Source: Squalus acanthias (taxonomy: Eukaryota). From it: a stretch of DNA of 64,000 nt. Location of the stretch: assembly GCA_030390025.1 (NCBI GenBank), contig CM059453.1:7316001-7380000 (forward strand), given 5' to 3'. The position numbers were made by a program, and so were the translations under genes. Below the pieces are notes generated by a model. It was not told the origin of the DNA. It did not search any database and was given only the letters and a program-made list of their open reading frames with translations. Position 1 is the stretch's first letter; every line of letters starts with the position of its first letter. Shown piece after piece: positions 50,138-62,587 of this stretch.

Positions 50138-51310
50138 ATGTGCTTCAAGAAACAGATCCAACTTTTGGACAGACTCGTTGAAGCACAGGCAGCCGAGATT
50201 CGGGAGTCAGCCCTGGAAGTCCAAACAAAGGCCCTAGCAGGGGAGAAGTTACTGTTAGCATTGCAGGCTCTAAAGCAGGAAAGGGTGCAGTTTGTGTGGG
50301 AGCATAATACCCGGCAGGAATATTTACAGTGTCACGTCACAGAGGCCAATAATAATGAGCTGAGGTTGCAGGAAAAGAAAGCCCGCCTGTCAAAACAAGT
50401 AAGAGAGCAGGAGGAGACAGTAAAAGGCTTACAGGTAGCCTATAAGGTAATGAGCGCACAGGGGTTTGAGGATGCAGACCATGGCCCCTGCCAGAAGCAG
50501 GTAGAGAGTCTGAACCTTGCTCTAAGTAAGGCAAAAGGCATGGTGAGCCTCATAAACCCGAGTGCAGCCAAGGTCGACTTTACAGGGAACCTGGGGAGAA
50601 CGGTTCAGACAACACAGATAGTGCCAAGGGGCGACGCGGTTGAGGAGCAGGAGGGCCCACGACCACCACCAATAGCGCCAAACTTTAGCGACGTCTGACA
50701 AGAAGCGGGGTGGAGTTAGGGGCAGAAGCTGAGGTGGAAAAACCCCCACAAGAGAGGCTGGGACCGGGGCCGATGTGCCCGGCCCGGCAGCAAATGATTG
50801 GCCCACCCGCTGACAATGGGGTTGGGGGACCCCTCCAAAATCACTTCATGGCTCCCCACGGTACACAACAGCTTAGGGCTTTGGTAAGTAAACTCACCCA
50901 ACAGGGGGACCCCTCAGTCCACTTCATGGAAGTGGCACAGGCAGAAGGCATCAATGACTGTGATGATGCCTTGTGGCAAAAATGCTCCTGCTCTCACTGG
51001 ATGGCAAGTTATCCCAGTCCCTCTCTGCTGAGAGCAAGAGAGGACAGAAAGGGTATGCTGCCGTCAGAGAGGAAGTTTTTGAGGCCATGGAGATAAATGA
51101 AGGAAGTCCTTTCTCCCGGGTGGATAAAACAGTGCAGCTCGAATGGGAGACCCCACAGGCTTTCGCAGACAGGCTGTGGCCTGTGTACAGGAGTGCTTTT
51201 AATGGGGATCTCGATCGAGCGAACCTAAACCGGGACGAGCTGGCCCACTGGCTCCGAAGCCTAGTGGTAAACAGCTTGGCACGAATCAAAACCAAGTCTG
51301 AGCTTTAGTT
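50138..51310 (+). pseudogene. Disrupted gag-like ORF (coiled coil plus capsid-like region)
   Basis: ORFs 50138-50698, 50710-51096, 50973-51308; QLEWETPQAFADRL fits the gag major-homology-region pattern QxxxExxxxFxxRL. Confidence 0.72.
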
Positions 51311-53147
51311 TGACCCGAGGGACCCCCGGTGCACCGAAGAGGCAGTGGTCAGACAGCTGACCCTGGCCTACCGGAACAGTAGAGGGGCTGAAGAGCCCCA
51401 ACAAAAAGGGAAAGTGCATGAAATGAAACCCGCCCAGGGTAGGAAAGGTGGCATCAGTAAGGTAATAACCCTTCCAGCACAAGGCTTAACTTTTCCGGGT
51501 GTGGGAAGGATGGATACTGGAGGAAGGAGTCTAAGAATCCTTGGAAAGATAACAATGGTAAGAATTCCTCAACCCCATCCCAAAAGGCAGAGACAGGGAT
51601 CCCTCCCGCCACGGTCGAGTCATTTTTGGACGCCATGAGTACCAAATTGACTGGCCCAGGGAAGGTAGCAGCAACCACCGGTGCTCTGACACCATCTGCC
51701 TAATACAACCCAGACCTATGACTAGAACCAGCGCAGCCTGTCTACCTGTGTCCCCTTGAAAGACACGCAGAGGAAGAGACCTGCTGTAAGGAGGCCAGGT
51801 TAAATGAGCAGGCCTTACGGGAGGAGAACGCCCGCTAAACGGGTAAAGTAGACGGGCTAGAGGGGCAGCTTAGAGACATAAAGGCAGCCTACAGGGTAGC
51901 CAGGAGCAGTGGTTATGAGGATTTAAACCATGGGCACTGTAAGGAAAGGATAACAGGTCTGACCCAAGCCCTAACCAAAGCCAGAGGGATGGTTTGCTTA
52001 AGAACCCCGGGGGAATTCACCACCCGGCAGTTGCAAGCCATGGTAGCAGAGTTGCCGAAACAAAAAAAGGATGGAAATCCCCAGCCAGCAGCTGTGGCAG
52101 ACTCGCACACTGCAGCGGTGAGGACAGGGGCCTGTATCACAGAAGGGTACACTACAACAATCATGTGTGACTCAGGCAACCCTCAGTGGCCAGAGCCCTA
52201 AGAAAGTCTCCCCGCACACCACAGCCTAAACCAACCTGGTCTCCAGTGTACCAGTTTAAAGTGTCCCAACCAAAGAGGGTTGCAACCCGTAAAGAAACGC
52301 CCAAGTTCAGGGATCAGTCTGAGGACAGGGATCCCCAGCCTACAGCCTCCTGCAGAGAGGATCTCACAGAGGCAGCTGTGAGCCAAGAACACAAGAAGGG
52401 CCCTGTGGTCTCAGGCTGGGAGGAACCCACAGGACAGGACAGGGACTCAGAAGCAGCCACACCAAAGGAAGCAGTGTGCTGTAGATGAAGGACTCTCAGG
52501 ATCCTGCGGTACAGTCTACCTTATCGGCTGCCCTGAAGCAGCAAAAGGCAGAGCCCGAACAGGGTTCAGTCTTGCCGCTCGGAGACAGGGGGCGAATGTA
52601 CAGAGTTTTAATGTATTTTAGTGCTTTACTCTTTGGTAGTTTTAGGATTTTTAAGAATTAAGGATGTTAGTGAGTATGTTTGAAAGTTTCTCGAGAATCG
52701 ATTACCTGCCCAGACAGAGAACCTTCTCGGGACATGGCTGTCTGTTTTTTGTGTCCCTACAGAAAGGAAATCGGCAGGGAAAGGACAAAGTGCACCGGTC
52801 CCGAAATGAGAAAGCATGGGATCAGCATTGCAATAAATCCTATGACCATGTTTAGGGCGAGCCTTATTTGTTTTTATTAAAATGAATAAAATTTGTGATC
52901 GTGTATCATTTTACTATGTATGTACTATAGTTTTCCAAGTAGTGTGGGGGTGTTGGGCGCCCTCCGTGCTTGGATGTGTATGTATTATTGATTCTTACCT
53001 GTATGTAATTGAAACACCACATTTAAAGTGGAATGTATGTTTGGGTTTTCAGATTAGGTAATACAGGGGAAGGTTGGCTTTCAGGGATCAGGCATTTTGT
53101 CCAACCAGGACGATACTGTTGTGAACGAAAAGTATCCAAGGGGGCAC

Positions 53148-54501
53148 TGTAAGTTTTCCAAAATTTGCAGATCCGCAAAACCCACGGAAAAAGAACGTTT
53201 TAACTACCCCACAGTGATAAAAATACATGTGGGCCTAACATAAGGAATTTAAGACCAAAAACCAAGTTTTGGCATTTTAAAAACATGTCTGGGCTTGTAA
53301 AGGGAGAAAAGGCTTTTAAGGAATTTGAAGTCAAAACCTCAGTTTTGGACATTTCTGAGGATCAGGGAAGAAAAGCCCTGAGGAAAAATGACATTGAATG
53401 AAACCCTGCAGTCACAGAAACAATACAGGCTGCGGGCAGGGGGTGGTGAGGCAGTGGACTGCTTTTGGGTATTGGGTCCCAGTCAAGCTGTCTGGAAGAT
53501 GTTTGCACTGCAATCCAACCAAGGCTGATGAGCCTCATCCAAAACCTCAGAAACACATTCAAAAATGAATAATACAAGACCCCTTTTGAAATCCCCAGGC
53601 CCAAACAGGATGCTAGAAGCCTGAAAACAATCGGAATCCATCAGGACAAGTTAACACCAAGTTAAAATCATAAAACTTAACGAACCTGCCAAAAACTAAG
53701 ACAATAGAATGAAAAGGCCTCAACTGAAACCTAAATCACTTCAACACGCAACCGATTTAGTAAAGCGTTTTTTTGCGAAAAACACAATAAGGCCAATTCA
53801 ATTTAGTATAATTGAAGGCCAATCAAACAGTTACAGTTCAAGTTCAACAGAAGGCAGTTCTTCAGTTCAATTAAAAAGCCTGTTTTCAGCAAGAAGTCAA
53901 GGCTGGAGTTACAGAGTTAAGGACAAGCAGGCAGAAGGCAGTTTCCACAGTTCTGCAAGAAGGCAGTTCCACAGCTCGGAAGACGACAGTTTAAACAGAG
54001 GCAGAGTTACAGCAACAAGTTCAACAAAAGTGGCCAACAACTTCACAAGCAGACCGACACGCCAGAAGAAACCAGAGCGACTGCCTCAGCGACCATCGGA
54101 CACCTCGCGGCAACAAGTGCCGTACGAAACCTTTTACTCAAAAGACTCTAAACCATAACTCTCAACTGTCAAGGATTCGTTTGGTAAGCATTATCCCTAG
54201 TTCTCCAGAGTCCAACTTAACTGGTGAAGTGGGATTGGGAGGGGTGAAGTATTCTTCGAATGCTAATCCCCTCGCCTGTACCGCGTGTTCCCCAACCTGT
54301 GTTTAAGTGTTAAGTGTGTTTTAAGTTTGTTACCTTTTTCTTTTAATAAAGCCAAAATTCTTTCATCAGATCCTGTTGTCTACTGCATCTTTGTTCACAA
54401 GCCCTAAATAAGTCCAAGGTGTAGAACCAGGGGCTTGGGAGGGATTCGAACCGCTCACTGAGTCAGAGGTGAGGCTGATCCCTACCACAAAACCCCCTAC
54501 T
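53148..54501 (+). repeat. 3' LTR
   Basis: Starts TGTAAG after the purine tract, ends CCCCCTAC(T); has ~200 bp and ~100 bp segments absent from the 5' LTR. Confidence 0.88.
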
Positions 54502-56429
54502 GAGGTGATTAGGTGGAGAACAGGAGTGGATTTAATTACAGAATTGATAATAGCGTAAAATGAAAGTAGCAATAATGAGACCAAAGGGAATCTTCCCTTT
54601 AAATGTTCCCTGGGTAAATTTACTTCCTAGAAAGTGTTTTGAAAGTGGAAGTCGCTGCCACATGGAGTAGTTCAGGTGCATTTCATAGATGAATTTAAGG
54701 GGGAGCTAGATAAGCTCAAGAGGGAAAAAAAGAATATAAGGTTATGCTAATATCGTGAAAAGAAGAGCGGTGGAAGGAGGCTTGTTTGAGCCATGGACCA
54801 GTTGGGCAGTGTAGCCTCTTTCGGTGCTGTGAACGCAATGTAAGTACACACTGTCACTAACACACATAGAAATTCTTCCCACTATACTAGCACCATCAAG
54901 AACACAGAAATCGTGCGCTTAGTATGAAATGAAATGATATAAAATACACCCGTTTCCAATGACATTGCTGCGTATGTCAACATGACAACACCCGGGTCCG
55001 GTATGACTCTGCCAGTATTGATCAGTGGGACTGAGTTCAGGTGGTGGAGCAAACTGCCCGCAGAATTTCTTTCATTAGCAGGTGGATTTACCCTTTGAAC
55101 CGAAATGAAAATGACAAACCAATGCACTGGGATGTAATCTTCTGGTGCTAGAACTGAAACATTTAGAGCTGGGAAAAGGAACCAGATTGCAAAAATGTTT
55201 CATTCAGGCATTACATTTACAAAATGCGGAGAAAATACAACTTGCCCATTACGCCGATGGATTCCTATCCCTGTCCTCAGTACCTTTGAAACGGGAAAAT
55301 TTTGCACACCGCCACACGTTCTTTCTGCAGGATGCATTCCTAATTCTACCTCTTATCCCTTTCGAATCAATTGTGCACATTACGAAAAATGCCTGCATGT
55401 CGCAAAGTCACCTCAGGAAGTGATAACGTCACCCAATTTATTAAGTAAATCATCGAAGTTCGCTGGGAAGAGAACTGCTGGGAGCTGGGATTAGACGAAC
55501 ACTTCTCCCAACAACCTCACAACAACAAAGTAAATCCCACATTCCAACAGCGTGATAATGTCCAGATAGTCTGTTTAGTGACTTTTGGTTGAGGCAATTA
55601 GGGACGGGCAATACATACAGGCTACGCCCGCCTCCCAGGAACGAATAAACAATAAATTAAAAAAATATTGACGTTGAGTATTTGTGAGTGGCTGAAAATA
55701 ATTTTGATACAGCGAACAGCTCACCAGAGATTTCTGTTGAATGTTAGTGCTGCATGTTTTTTTCCAATTAGATAGTTGCATTTCATTTCCTGGAATCGGC
55801 GTTAAAATATAACTTTCCCTTGCCTATTTGGAGTAAATCCGTAATGTGAAATCAAATCGAGACAGTCTAGTTAACCCACAGCAACCTCAAAACAACCTCG
55901 ATGTCTCCAATCACACAAAGTAAATTGGTCGACTCGTTCAGGGTGACAGGTGCTCCAGATGGCAGAAAGTGGTAGCAATCTAGCAGTTGGCGCTTTTCTG
56001 AAGTTGCTTCAGTAGCACGTTTACTGGTAGCCTCATTCTCCATCTAACACAAACATTAATAATATTGCATTCCCCAGAACTGAACTCTTCACATTCATGA
56101 TTACAGATTCCACACAAACATCCAAAATATTGTGGGAAACTCAATCAATGTTTTGTGTATAAATACAATGTTCAAAATTTAATAATCAGAGGCTCCATCA
56201 TTTGCACTATATATATATGTTAGGTGCACATCTATAGAAGCAACATGTCCATCCAGCACAAAGGGAAGATGTTTAAAAAAATACATCAAGTATAGAAATT
56301 GAAATTGATTGTGCTTTCTCGCTGACTGAAAGGTGAGGCTCATTGGTCGGTATATTATATAAAGATAACACTCTGAGCCTCCACTCATTCTGAAAACACC
56401 ACAAGTTTTGCCAGGAGAAGTATTGTTTT

Positions 56430-56780
56430 GTTTTTTGTTCCTGGGATGTCACTGGCAAGCCCAGCATTTATTGTCCATCCCTAATTGTCCTTGAGAAGGT
56501 GGTGGTGAGCCGACTGCTTGAACCGCTGTTCTTTACAACTGAGTGGCTTGCTAGGTAAATTCAGAGGGAAGTTAAGAGTCAACCACATTTCTGTGGAGTC
56601 ACATATTGGCCAGACCAGGTAAGGACGGAAGGTTTTCTTGCCTAAAGGATATTAGTGAAACAGATGGGTTTTTACAACAACCTGATAGTTTCACGGTCAC
56701 CATTATCTGATACTAGCTTTTACATTCCAGATGTATTTATTTAACTGAATTTAAATTCCACAGCTGCCGTGGTGAGATTT
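56430..56780. repeat. Interspersed repeat also at ~7670-7760 and ~24215-24330
   Basis: Shared core GGCAAG.CCAGCATTTATTG.CCATCCCTA.TTG.CCTTGAGAAGGTGGTG.TGAGCCG; family not assigned. Confidence 0.7.
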
Positions 56781-57083
56781 AAACTCACGTCTTCCAGATC
56801 TTTAACCAGATTTTTGGATTACATATTCAGTAACATAACTCATTAGCTAACGTTCCCGATTGAATTATACACTCATTGGATTGAATATGAAGGTGCATCC
56901 AACGTGCTGAATTGTTACCAGTGGAAACAAGTAATCAGTTACTAAACTGCAGTAACATCGGCTGCTTAATATTTAACTGGACTGTGCCAGGATCTCCTCG
57001 AGAGTGTAACACCAAAATCATATGTTTCCATACATCGCAACTCTTTGACACAAACACGTTTCATACAGAAATGTTTTTTTTAG

Positions 57084-57376
57084 ATAAACCCAGAATAATA
57101 TCAAGTTCCAGCTGTACCAGCGCTGAGAATTAGACTGATTGTATCTGCAGCGTTTGAAGCATCCACCCCGCCCAGCAAACCTCACTTTGGTCTATAATGG
57201 GGGAATCATCACTGGGAACAGCCCACATGTCGAATGCATCTCCTGGACATTGAACAGTCACGTGGTGCAGCGTTCCCTGAGAATGGGTCACTCAACTGAA
57301 ACAGTAAAACTGATCTCATATGTTGCAGTTAACGAGCACAGTGTTACTGTTATCAAATATCAGCTCCATTCAGCAG
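57084..57376 (+). pseudogene. Orphan pseudo-exon paralogous to gene A Ig domain 4
   Basis: Acceptor TTTTTAG|ATAAA; KPRIISSSSCTSAEN*TDCICSV*, a frameshift, then PANLTL...ISYVAVNEH...KYQLHSA. Donor changed from GT to AT; downstream intron resembles 4230-4450. Confidence 0.88.
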
Positions 57377-57784
57377 ATACATTCTGAATTCACCTGTAAT
57401 TTAGATCATGTATAGATCTGGTCCATCAAGACCAGCCACTAAGCAAATGGTGTTATTTGCAGCAAAAAACAACTCAATTCAGCAGGAAAATATTGAGTTT
57501 ATCTGGAACTTAGATACTTGAAGGGGAGCTGGTCCATTAATGGCCGCTCACAGACTGAAGGCTGTGGTCGGGATTATTCCTTTTAAATATCAGTTTCCCA
57601 TCTGTTTGTAATTCTCAATATAGGAAGAACGTAATTAAATACCTGGGAGAGCCTCTGACCTTTAATAACATACATCTTTCTGAACTGATTTAAAACCTGA
57701 AGAAAATCAGATTTCTTCCTATGGTACTGTTAAAAAAAAATCAAATCATCGCTAAACAGCTAAACAGTGAAGTCACCCATTCCG

Positions 57785-58560
57785 GATGGGATGCATAATA
57801 TTAATAAATATTGAGAAATATATAAATGTTGGTTTTCAGAGACATTTATGTGTCCTCGTACAGGTAAATCAGAGAGTTAGCATGCAGGTACAGCAAGCAA
57901 TTAGGAAGGCAAATGGCATGTTGGCCTTTATTGCAAGGGCTTGGATTACAATGGTAAGGAGGACTTGCAACAATTGTGCAGGAATTAGGTGAGACCACAT
58001 CTGGACTATTGTGCACAGTTTTGGTCTCCCTATCTGAGGAAGGATATACTTACCTTTGAGGCATTGCAAAGAAGATTCACTAAATTGATTCCTGGGATGA
58101 GAGGTTTGTCCGATGTGGAGAGATTGAGTAGATTGGGCCTATACTTCTGGAATTTAGAAGAATGAGAGGTGATCTAATTGAAACATATAAGGTTTAGAGG
58201 GGGATTGACAGGGCAGATGTTGAGAGATAGGACCCCTGACTGGAGAGACTAGAACTAGGGGGCACAGTCTCAGGATAAGGGGTCGGCCATTTAAGACTGA
58301 GAAAAGGAGACATTTCTTAACTCAGATGACTGAGAATCCTTGGAATTCTCTACTCCAGAGTTCTGTGGATGCTGAATCGTTGAATATCTTCAAGGCTGAG
58401 ATCGATAGAATTTTTAAACTCAAGGGGCATCAAGCGACAAGGGGATCAGGCTGTAAAATGGAGTTGAGGTCAAAGATCAGCCATGGTCTTATTGAATGAC
58501 AGAGCAGGCTCAAGGGGCCGTATGTCTTACTGCTGCTCTTAATTCTTATGTTCTTATGTA
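57785..58560 (+). mobile_element. CR1-type 3' fragment
   Basis: QVQQAIRKANGMLAFIAR, 3' hairpin, TTCTTATGTTCTTATG tail. Confidence 0.9.
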
Positions 58561-59364
58561 ATAGGAAGTATTTCCTCTTGTCTCTGTTTTGTAGAGAGTG
58601 TAGAAATATTGGGAAAATTCCTTCCAATCTATGTGATGTAAGGGAGCTGCCGATATAGTTGGAAGATTCTCTCTGGTATATGTATTGCAGTGGCAGTGTC
58701 CAAATAGTCGGAAGATTCTCGCTGCATTATATTTTGGTGAACAATCTCCTGATCAGCCTTAGTCTTTACACAAATTGCTGCACTATTTGGGGCACGTGAA
58801 TGCTTGTGCCTGCAACTTAGTCACCAGGGCTGCTATTTATTACAGGTGCTATAATTTGCTATGAGGCTTTCATCCCTTTCTATCTCTTCGTTCTATTGAC
58901 CAATGCTCCTAGCACTCAGTAATCAGAGCAAAAAGTCATGATTTCCTTTGTCTCACGGAGTAGAATCCAAAGACCAATGAGAACTGCACAAGTTACACTA
59001 ATTTAATGTGGCCCATTGTCCGCCTATCTCTATCATCAATGTTCTTTAATTTTCACAACATTGGCGATTTCTTACGGAAGAATGCCAGCCTCATTTATAA
59101 AGAGACATTCAGTTATTAATGGTGAAGAGGACACAGATAACCCAACACACCTGGTGACTTACAGCATTGACTTCAACTGGCGGCCTACTGAGCGGTCCTG
59201 GTGTCCTCTGCAAGACAAAAAACGACGAAGGGCAGAGGTGGGCACTCGTAGTGGTGATACAGTTGACTAACTCAATAAACTGCCTGATGTTTGTACTGAC
59301 TTATTGGGCTGGAAATTGTGGTTGGCGTCTTCTCAAGGGCGAAAGCCTCCCAACAGCCAGTAAA

Positions 59365-59770
59365 CTCTGATCTCGCTGTCCTCGGCATCTTACAATGAAG
59401 CTCAACGTAAGCTCGAGGAACAGCACCTCATCATTCGATTAGGCACTTTACAGCCTTCTGGATTGAACATTGGTTTCAACAGTTTCAGGCAATAAGCCCT
59501 GCCACCATTTTTCAGGCTGTTTATGATTCTGCCATCCCCATTTGCAACAGTTAATCTTTCCTTCCTCCTACCTTAGCACATGATATACATTTAGTTCCTT
59601 CCTCCTCTCCCCTCCCCCTTTCCCTGCCTCTGCACCTGCTTAAAATCTGTTACATCTCTCGCCTCTTCCAGATCTGATGAAATGTCCCAGACCGGAAACG
59701 TTTACTCTGTTTCTCTCTCCACGGAAGCTGCCTGGCCTGCTGAGTGCTTCCAGCTTTTTCTGCTGTTATT
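59365..59770 (+). mobile_element. Penelope-like element 3' remnant
   Basis: RKLEEQHLIIRLGTLQPSGLNIGFNSF (59407-59487) resembles the end of the Penelope GIY-YIG domain; followed by a pyrimidine tract and a CTGATGA...GAAACG motif. Confidence 0.75.
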
Positions 59771-60879
59771 TTAAACTCTGCACCTACCTGCTGCCTCAGC
59801 ACCTTCGGACTCTTGCGGCCCTGAGCCTGCAGGCGTACGCCTGCGTAAAAGCCCACCTATCCCAGGAGCGCAGGCGGTTCATAAGCCTCCCTGGGATCAG
59901 GTGGGCTAGCCCAATCTTTCAAGATGGGGCTTTCCCATTATGCTTAAAGAATTCCATTTACGTACAGAATCCCCTTAAGCATCTTAGAAATCACCTAAAA
60001 AACACACTGAAATAAACATAAATCATCTCAATGGTCAAAATTAGTTAAAATACAATTTACTTAAACATTTGAAACAGCAATTTATTTTTTGAAAAATAAA
60101 TTTAATCATTTTCAAGGGCAAAAATAACCTAAACTAACTTTAAAGATTTTTGTATAGTTAAATAACTGAAAAACATTTTTTTTAATATATATTTAAGCCC
60201 TTATGCTTGTTAAAGAATGTGTTACACTTTTTTTTGCTCAGCGTATGGGTTCCGTGGGGATTCGCTGGGCAGCAGTTGGGCAAATAACATTACAATGTGC
60301 AAGCGAATGTCCATTTCCTGCAGATGGGTACGATCTGAAAAGGACAATTTTGACAGATCGCAAGTTCCGTGTTACAGCCCATGGACATTGCACGCGGAAA
60401 CTCAGAAATTGCGGGGCCCTTACGGTCGCGTATGCTGTGTGTATCTAGTCATAAGCCCTGGAAAGTCCGGGCCATTTTATTTGTGTCGCGATTTGAACTA
60501 AAGCTTGTGATATTCCAAGGCTAAACCTAGCTAATCGTGATAATAGCCGGAGGGAAATTATGGGGGATTCATGTAACGTTTGATCAGGAGTGTAGAAAAT
60601 GTGATATGGATCGGCCGCCTGTTACACGCCTCCAGGATTGTACCTCACTGATCAGTTTGCAGGACCAGTTGTTTCAATCACCTTAAGCTATTTATTTTCT
60701 AGCGCTCTTTGCATTTATGACATAAACCTCAAGTCCGTTTAACACGTCCCAGACCTCATGTCGAAATTTGCAACAAAAAAAGTACTGTGCAAATAGAGAT
60801 GAATTTTGGTTAATTTGGATAATTTAGAGAGCGTGTCCGTGAATGTAAAGTGTTAATTCAATTCGAAAAAAGGCTGTTT

Positions 60880-61481
60880 ACCACAGAGTCAAACTGTTTA
60901 CTGTCAAACAGCTCAGTTCTATGACGTCACAGATGCATGGTGGAGCGTTTGTTAATGAAGGTGTCGAAACCACACGTCTACAGACTGCAGCAAGCTAACT
61001 AACTGAAGTCACACCGCTGCAACATTCATCTCGTATTAGCTGCCAGAAAACTGAATGTGTGTGAAATGTGTGTCAGAGGCGCCTGCAAGCGTGGATGGTG
61101 CGAATCTGTCGTAGACTTCAATTATTAATATCATATATAACAGTGCATGTGTGTGTTTGTGCATGAAACAGTGAGATGTTTTTTCTGTAGTAAGTATTCT
61201 TCAGCAACTGTTAGAAATACTATAACATCATATTCAGTAACAGTCGTTCACAAGCAGCCCATGTACATGATGTGCTGGCTGACTACCTCAGCAACGGAGC
61301 TGAGGGAGTGAGCACTGTTCCTACAGATTGGTAGGAACCGAATCGGACTTCCCCGAAAGTCTGATGCTGATTAGCAAAGAAATCCAAGATGTGACTGGAA
61401 AGAAGAATGCAAAAACCTGAATGGTCTTAGTTGTGAAGCAGGTTCCTCATTTTCAGAGCGAAATCGTCGGCTTTTCCAGCC
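60880..61481 (+). promoter_or_regulatory. Putative gene B promoter/5' UTR
   Basis: Directly upstream of the leader ATG; CRE TGACGTCA at 60922-60929, RUNX-type ACCACA at ~60880 and ~60968, ETS/PU.1-type TTCCTCATTTT at 61443-61453. Motif matches only. Confidence 0.4.
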
Positions 61482-61524
61482 ATGAGCACTTGCATGTTGT
61501 TTTCTCTCATGATATTGACCGAAG
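61482..61524 (+). CDS. Siglec-like gene B signal-peptide exon
   Basis: GCCATG context; MSTCMLFSLMILTE then G|GTACAT, phase 1, in frame with the exon at 62148. Confidence 0.8.
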
Positions 61525-62147
61525 GTACATTTCTTACGTTTTTACTAATTTCTAAAACAGCTGATTTATATCTGGTGGTAAAAGAACAGGACAGTACCTA
61601 ATATAATTGTTTTTAATTCATTGTAGCAATGGTGAGTTGGTATTCCATAAGTGTTTTATTGCATGTGATTGCCTATTCAAACAATATTTAAATATATGGC
61701 TTTTCAAGTTATATTTAATAAGAATTGTAATGCACATTTAATAGCATGCTAATTCATATTGATTGCGTAATTCAAAGGAGAATCAATGGAAGTGTAAAGT
61801 TCATTCTAATTAATATTAATTTTAATTTATATTTAACGAAGATTTTATAGGGCATTCACTTGCTTCTTGGTGGATATGTGTTCGATTTTTAGATGAGTAT
61901 TAAATATGCATATTATTTGTTCATAAATCTACTATCAAATATATATTCCAATGGACATGTCAATAGTTTTTGCGATTGGTATTTAGTCAGTATTTTACTT
62001 GATTTTGAATAGTATTTAACTGATATTTAAATTGCTAATGTGCTGGGAGGTTTTTAATCAATCAACAAGCAATTTTATGGATGCTTAAGCAATTGCAATG
62101 CTTTTTGAATGGATACTTAAAGGCCGTCTAATCTTTTATTTTCTCAG

Positions 62148-62528
62148 CCTTTTGTAGTGTTCAATGTTCTGTTGTGATGCCAAAAGTTGTGTCGGCGGTG
62201 TTGGGTTCTTGTGCAGAGATCCCGTGTAAATTTGATAACATAGGCTACATCGCCAACCTGAACGGGCGGTGGATAAAGAGGAATCCTGGTCCTGGAACAC
62301 ACAATGACTCCATTATCTATGATTCGAATGATCCATTCAGGCAGCATTATAATTTTAGTGGCAGAGCTGAGTTCAAGGGCAACCTTGAAAAAAGACAATG
62401 CTCCCTCCTGATAAAGGATATCCGAAAGAGTGATGAGGGTGCATATCAGTTCATCACAGCCATCACCTCGGGCAGAAATTCTATAACACATCGCATTGCC
62501 CGTTCCGAAGTCTTTCTTTCTGTTTTAG
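62148..62528 (+). CDS. Siglec-like gene B V-set Ig exon
   Basis: Acceptor TTTTCTCAG|, donor G|GTGAGT, 381 nt open. MPKVVSAVLGSCAEIPCKF...W...GRAEFKGNLEKRQCSLLIKDIRKSDEGAYQFI has the Siglec Cys pattern. Confidence 0.93.
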
Positions 62529-62587
62529 GTGAGTTTGCCATTTATTGTTCTTGTACATTTTTATTCCATTGTTTTAGTATGAATTAA

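Larger units (their letters stand above)
48845..54501 (+). mobile_element. Non-autonomous LTR retroelement (gag-like only, Gypsy/ERV-like)
   Basis: Two direct LTRs starting TGTAAG; PBS-like TGCCGAACGTGGCAGGAG at ~49911; PPT-like AAGGGGGCAC before 53148; flanks GAAG / GAGG as a possible 4-bp TSD with one mismatch. Confidence 0.88.

Noticed and set aside
49218-54158. Similar ORFs at 49218-49499 and 53709-54158
   Set aside because: They lie in the two LTRs over an internal CAGTT-rich repeat and differ by frameshifts.
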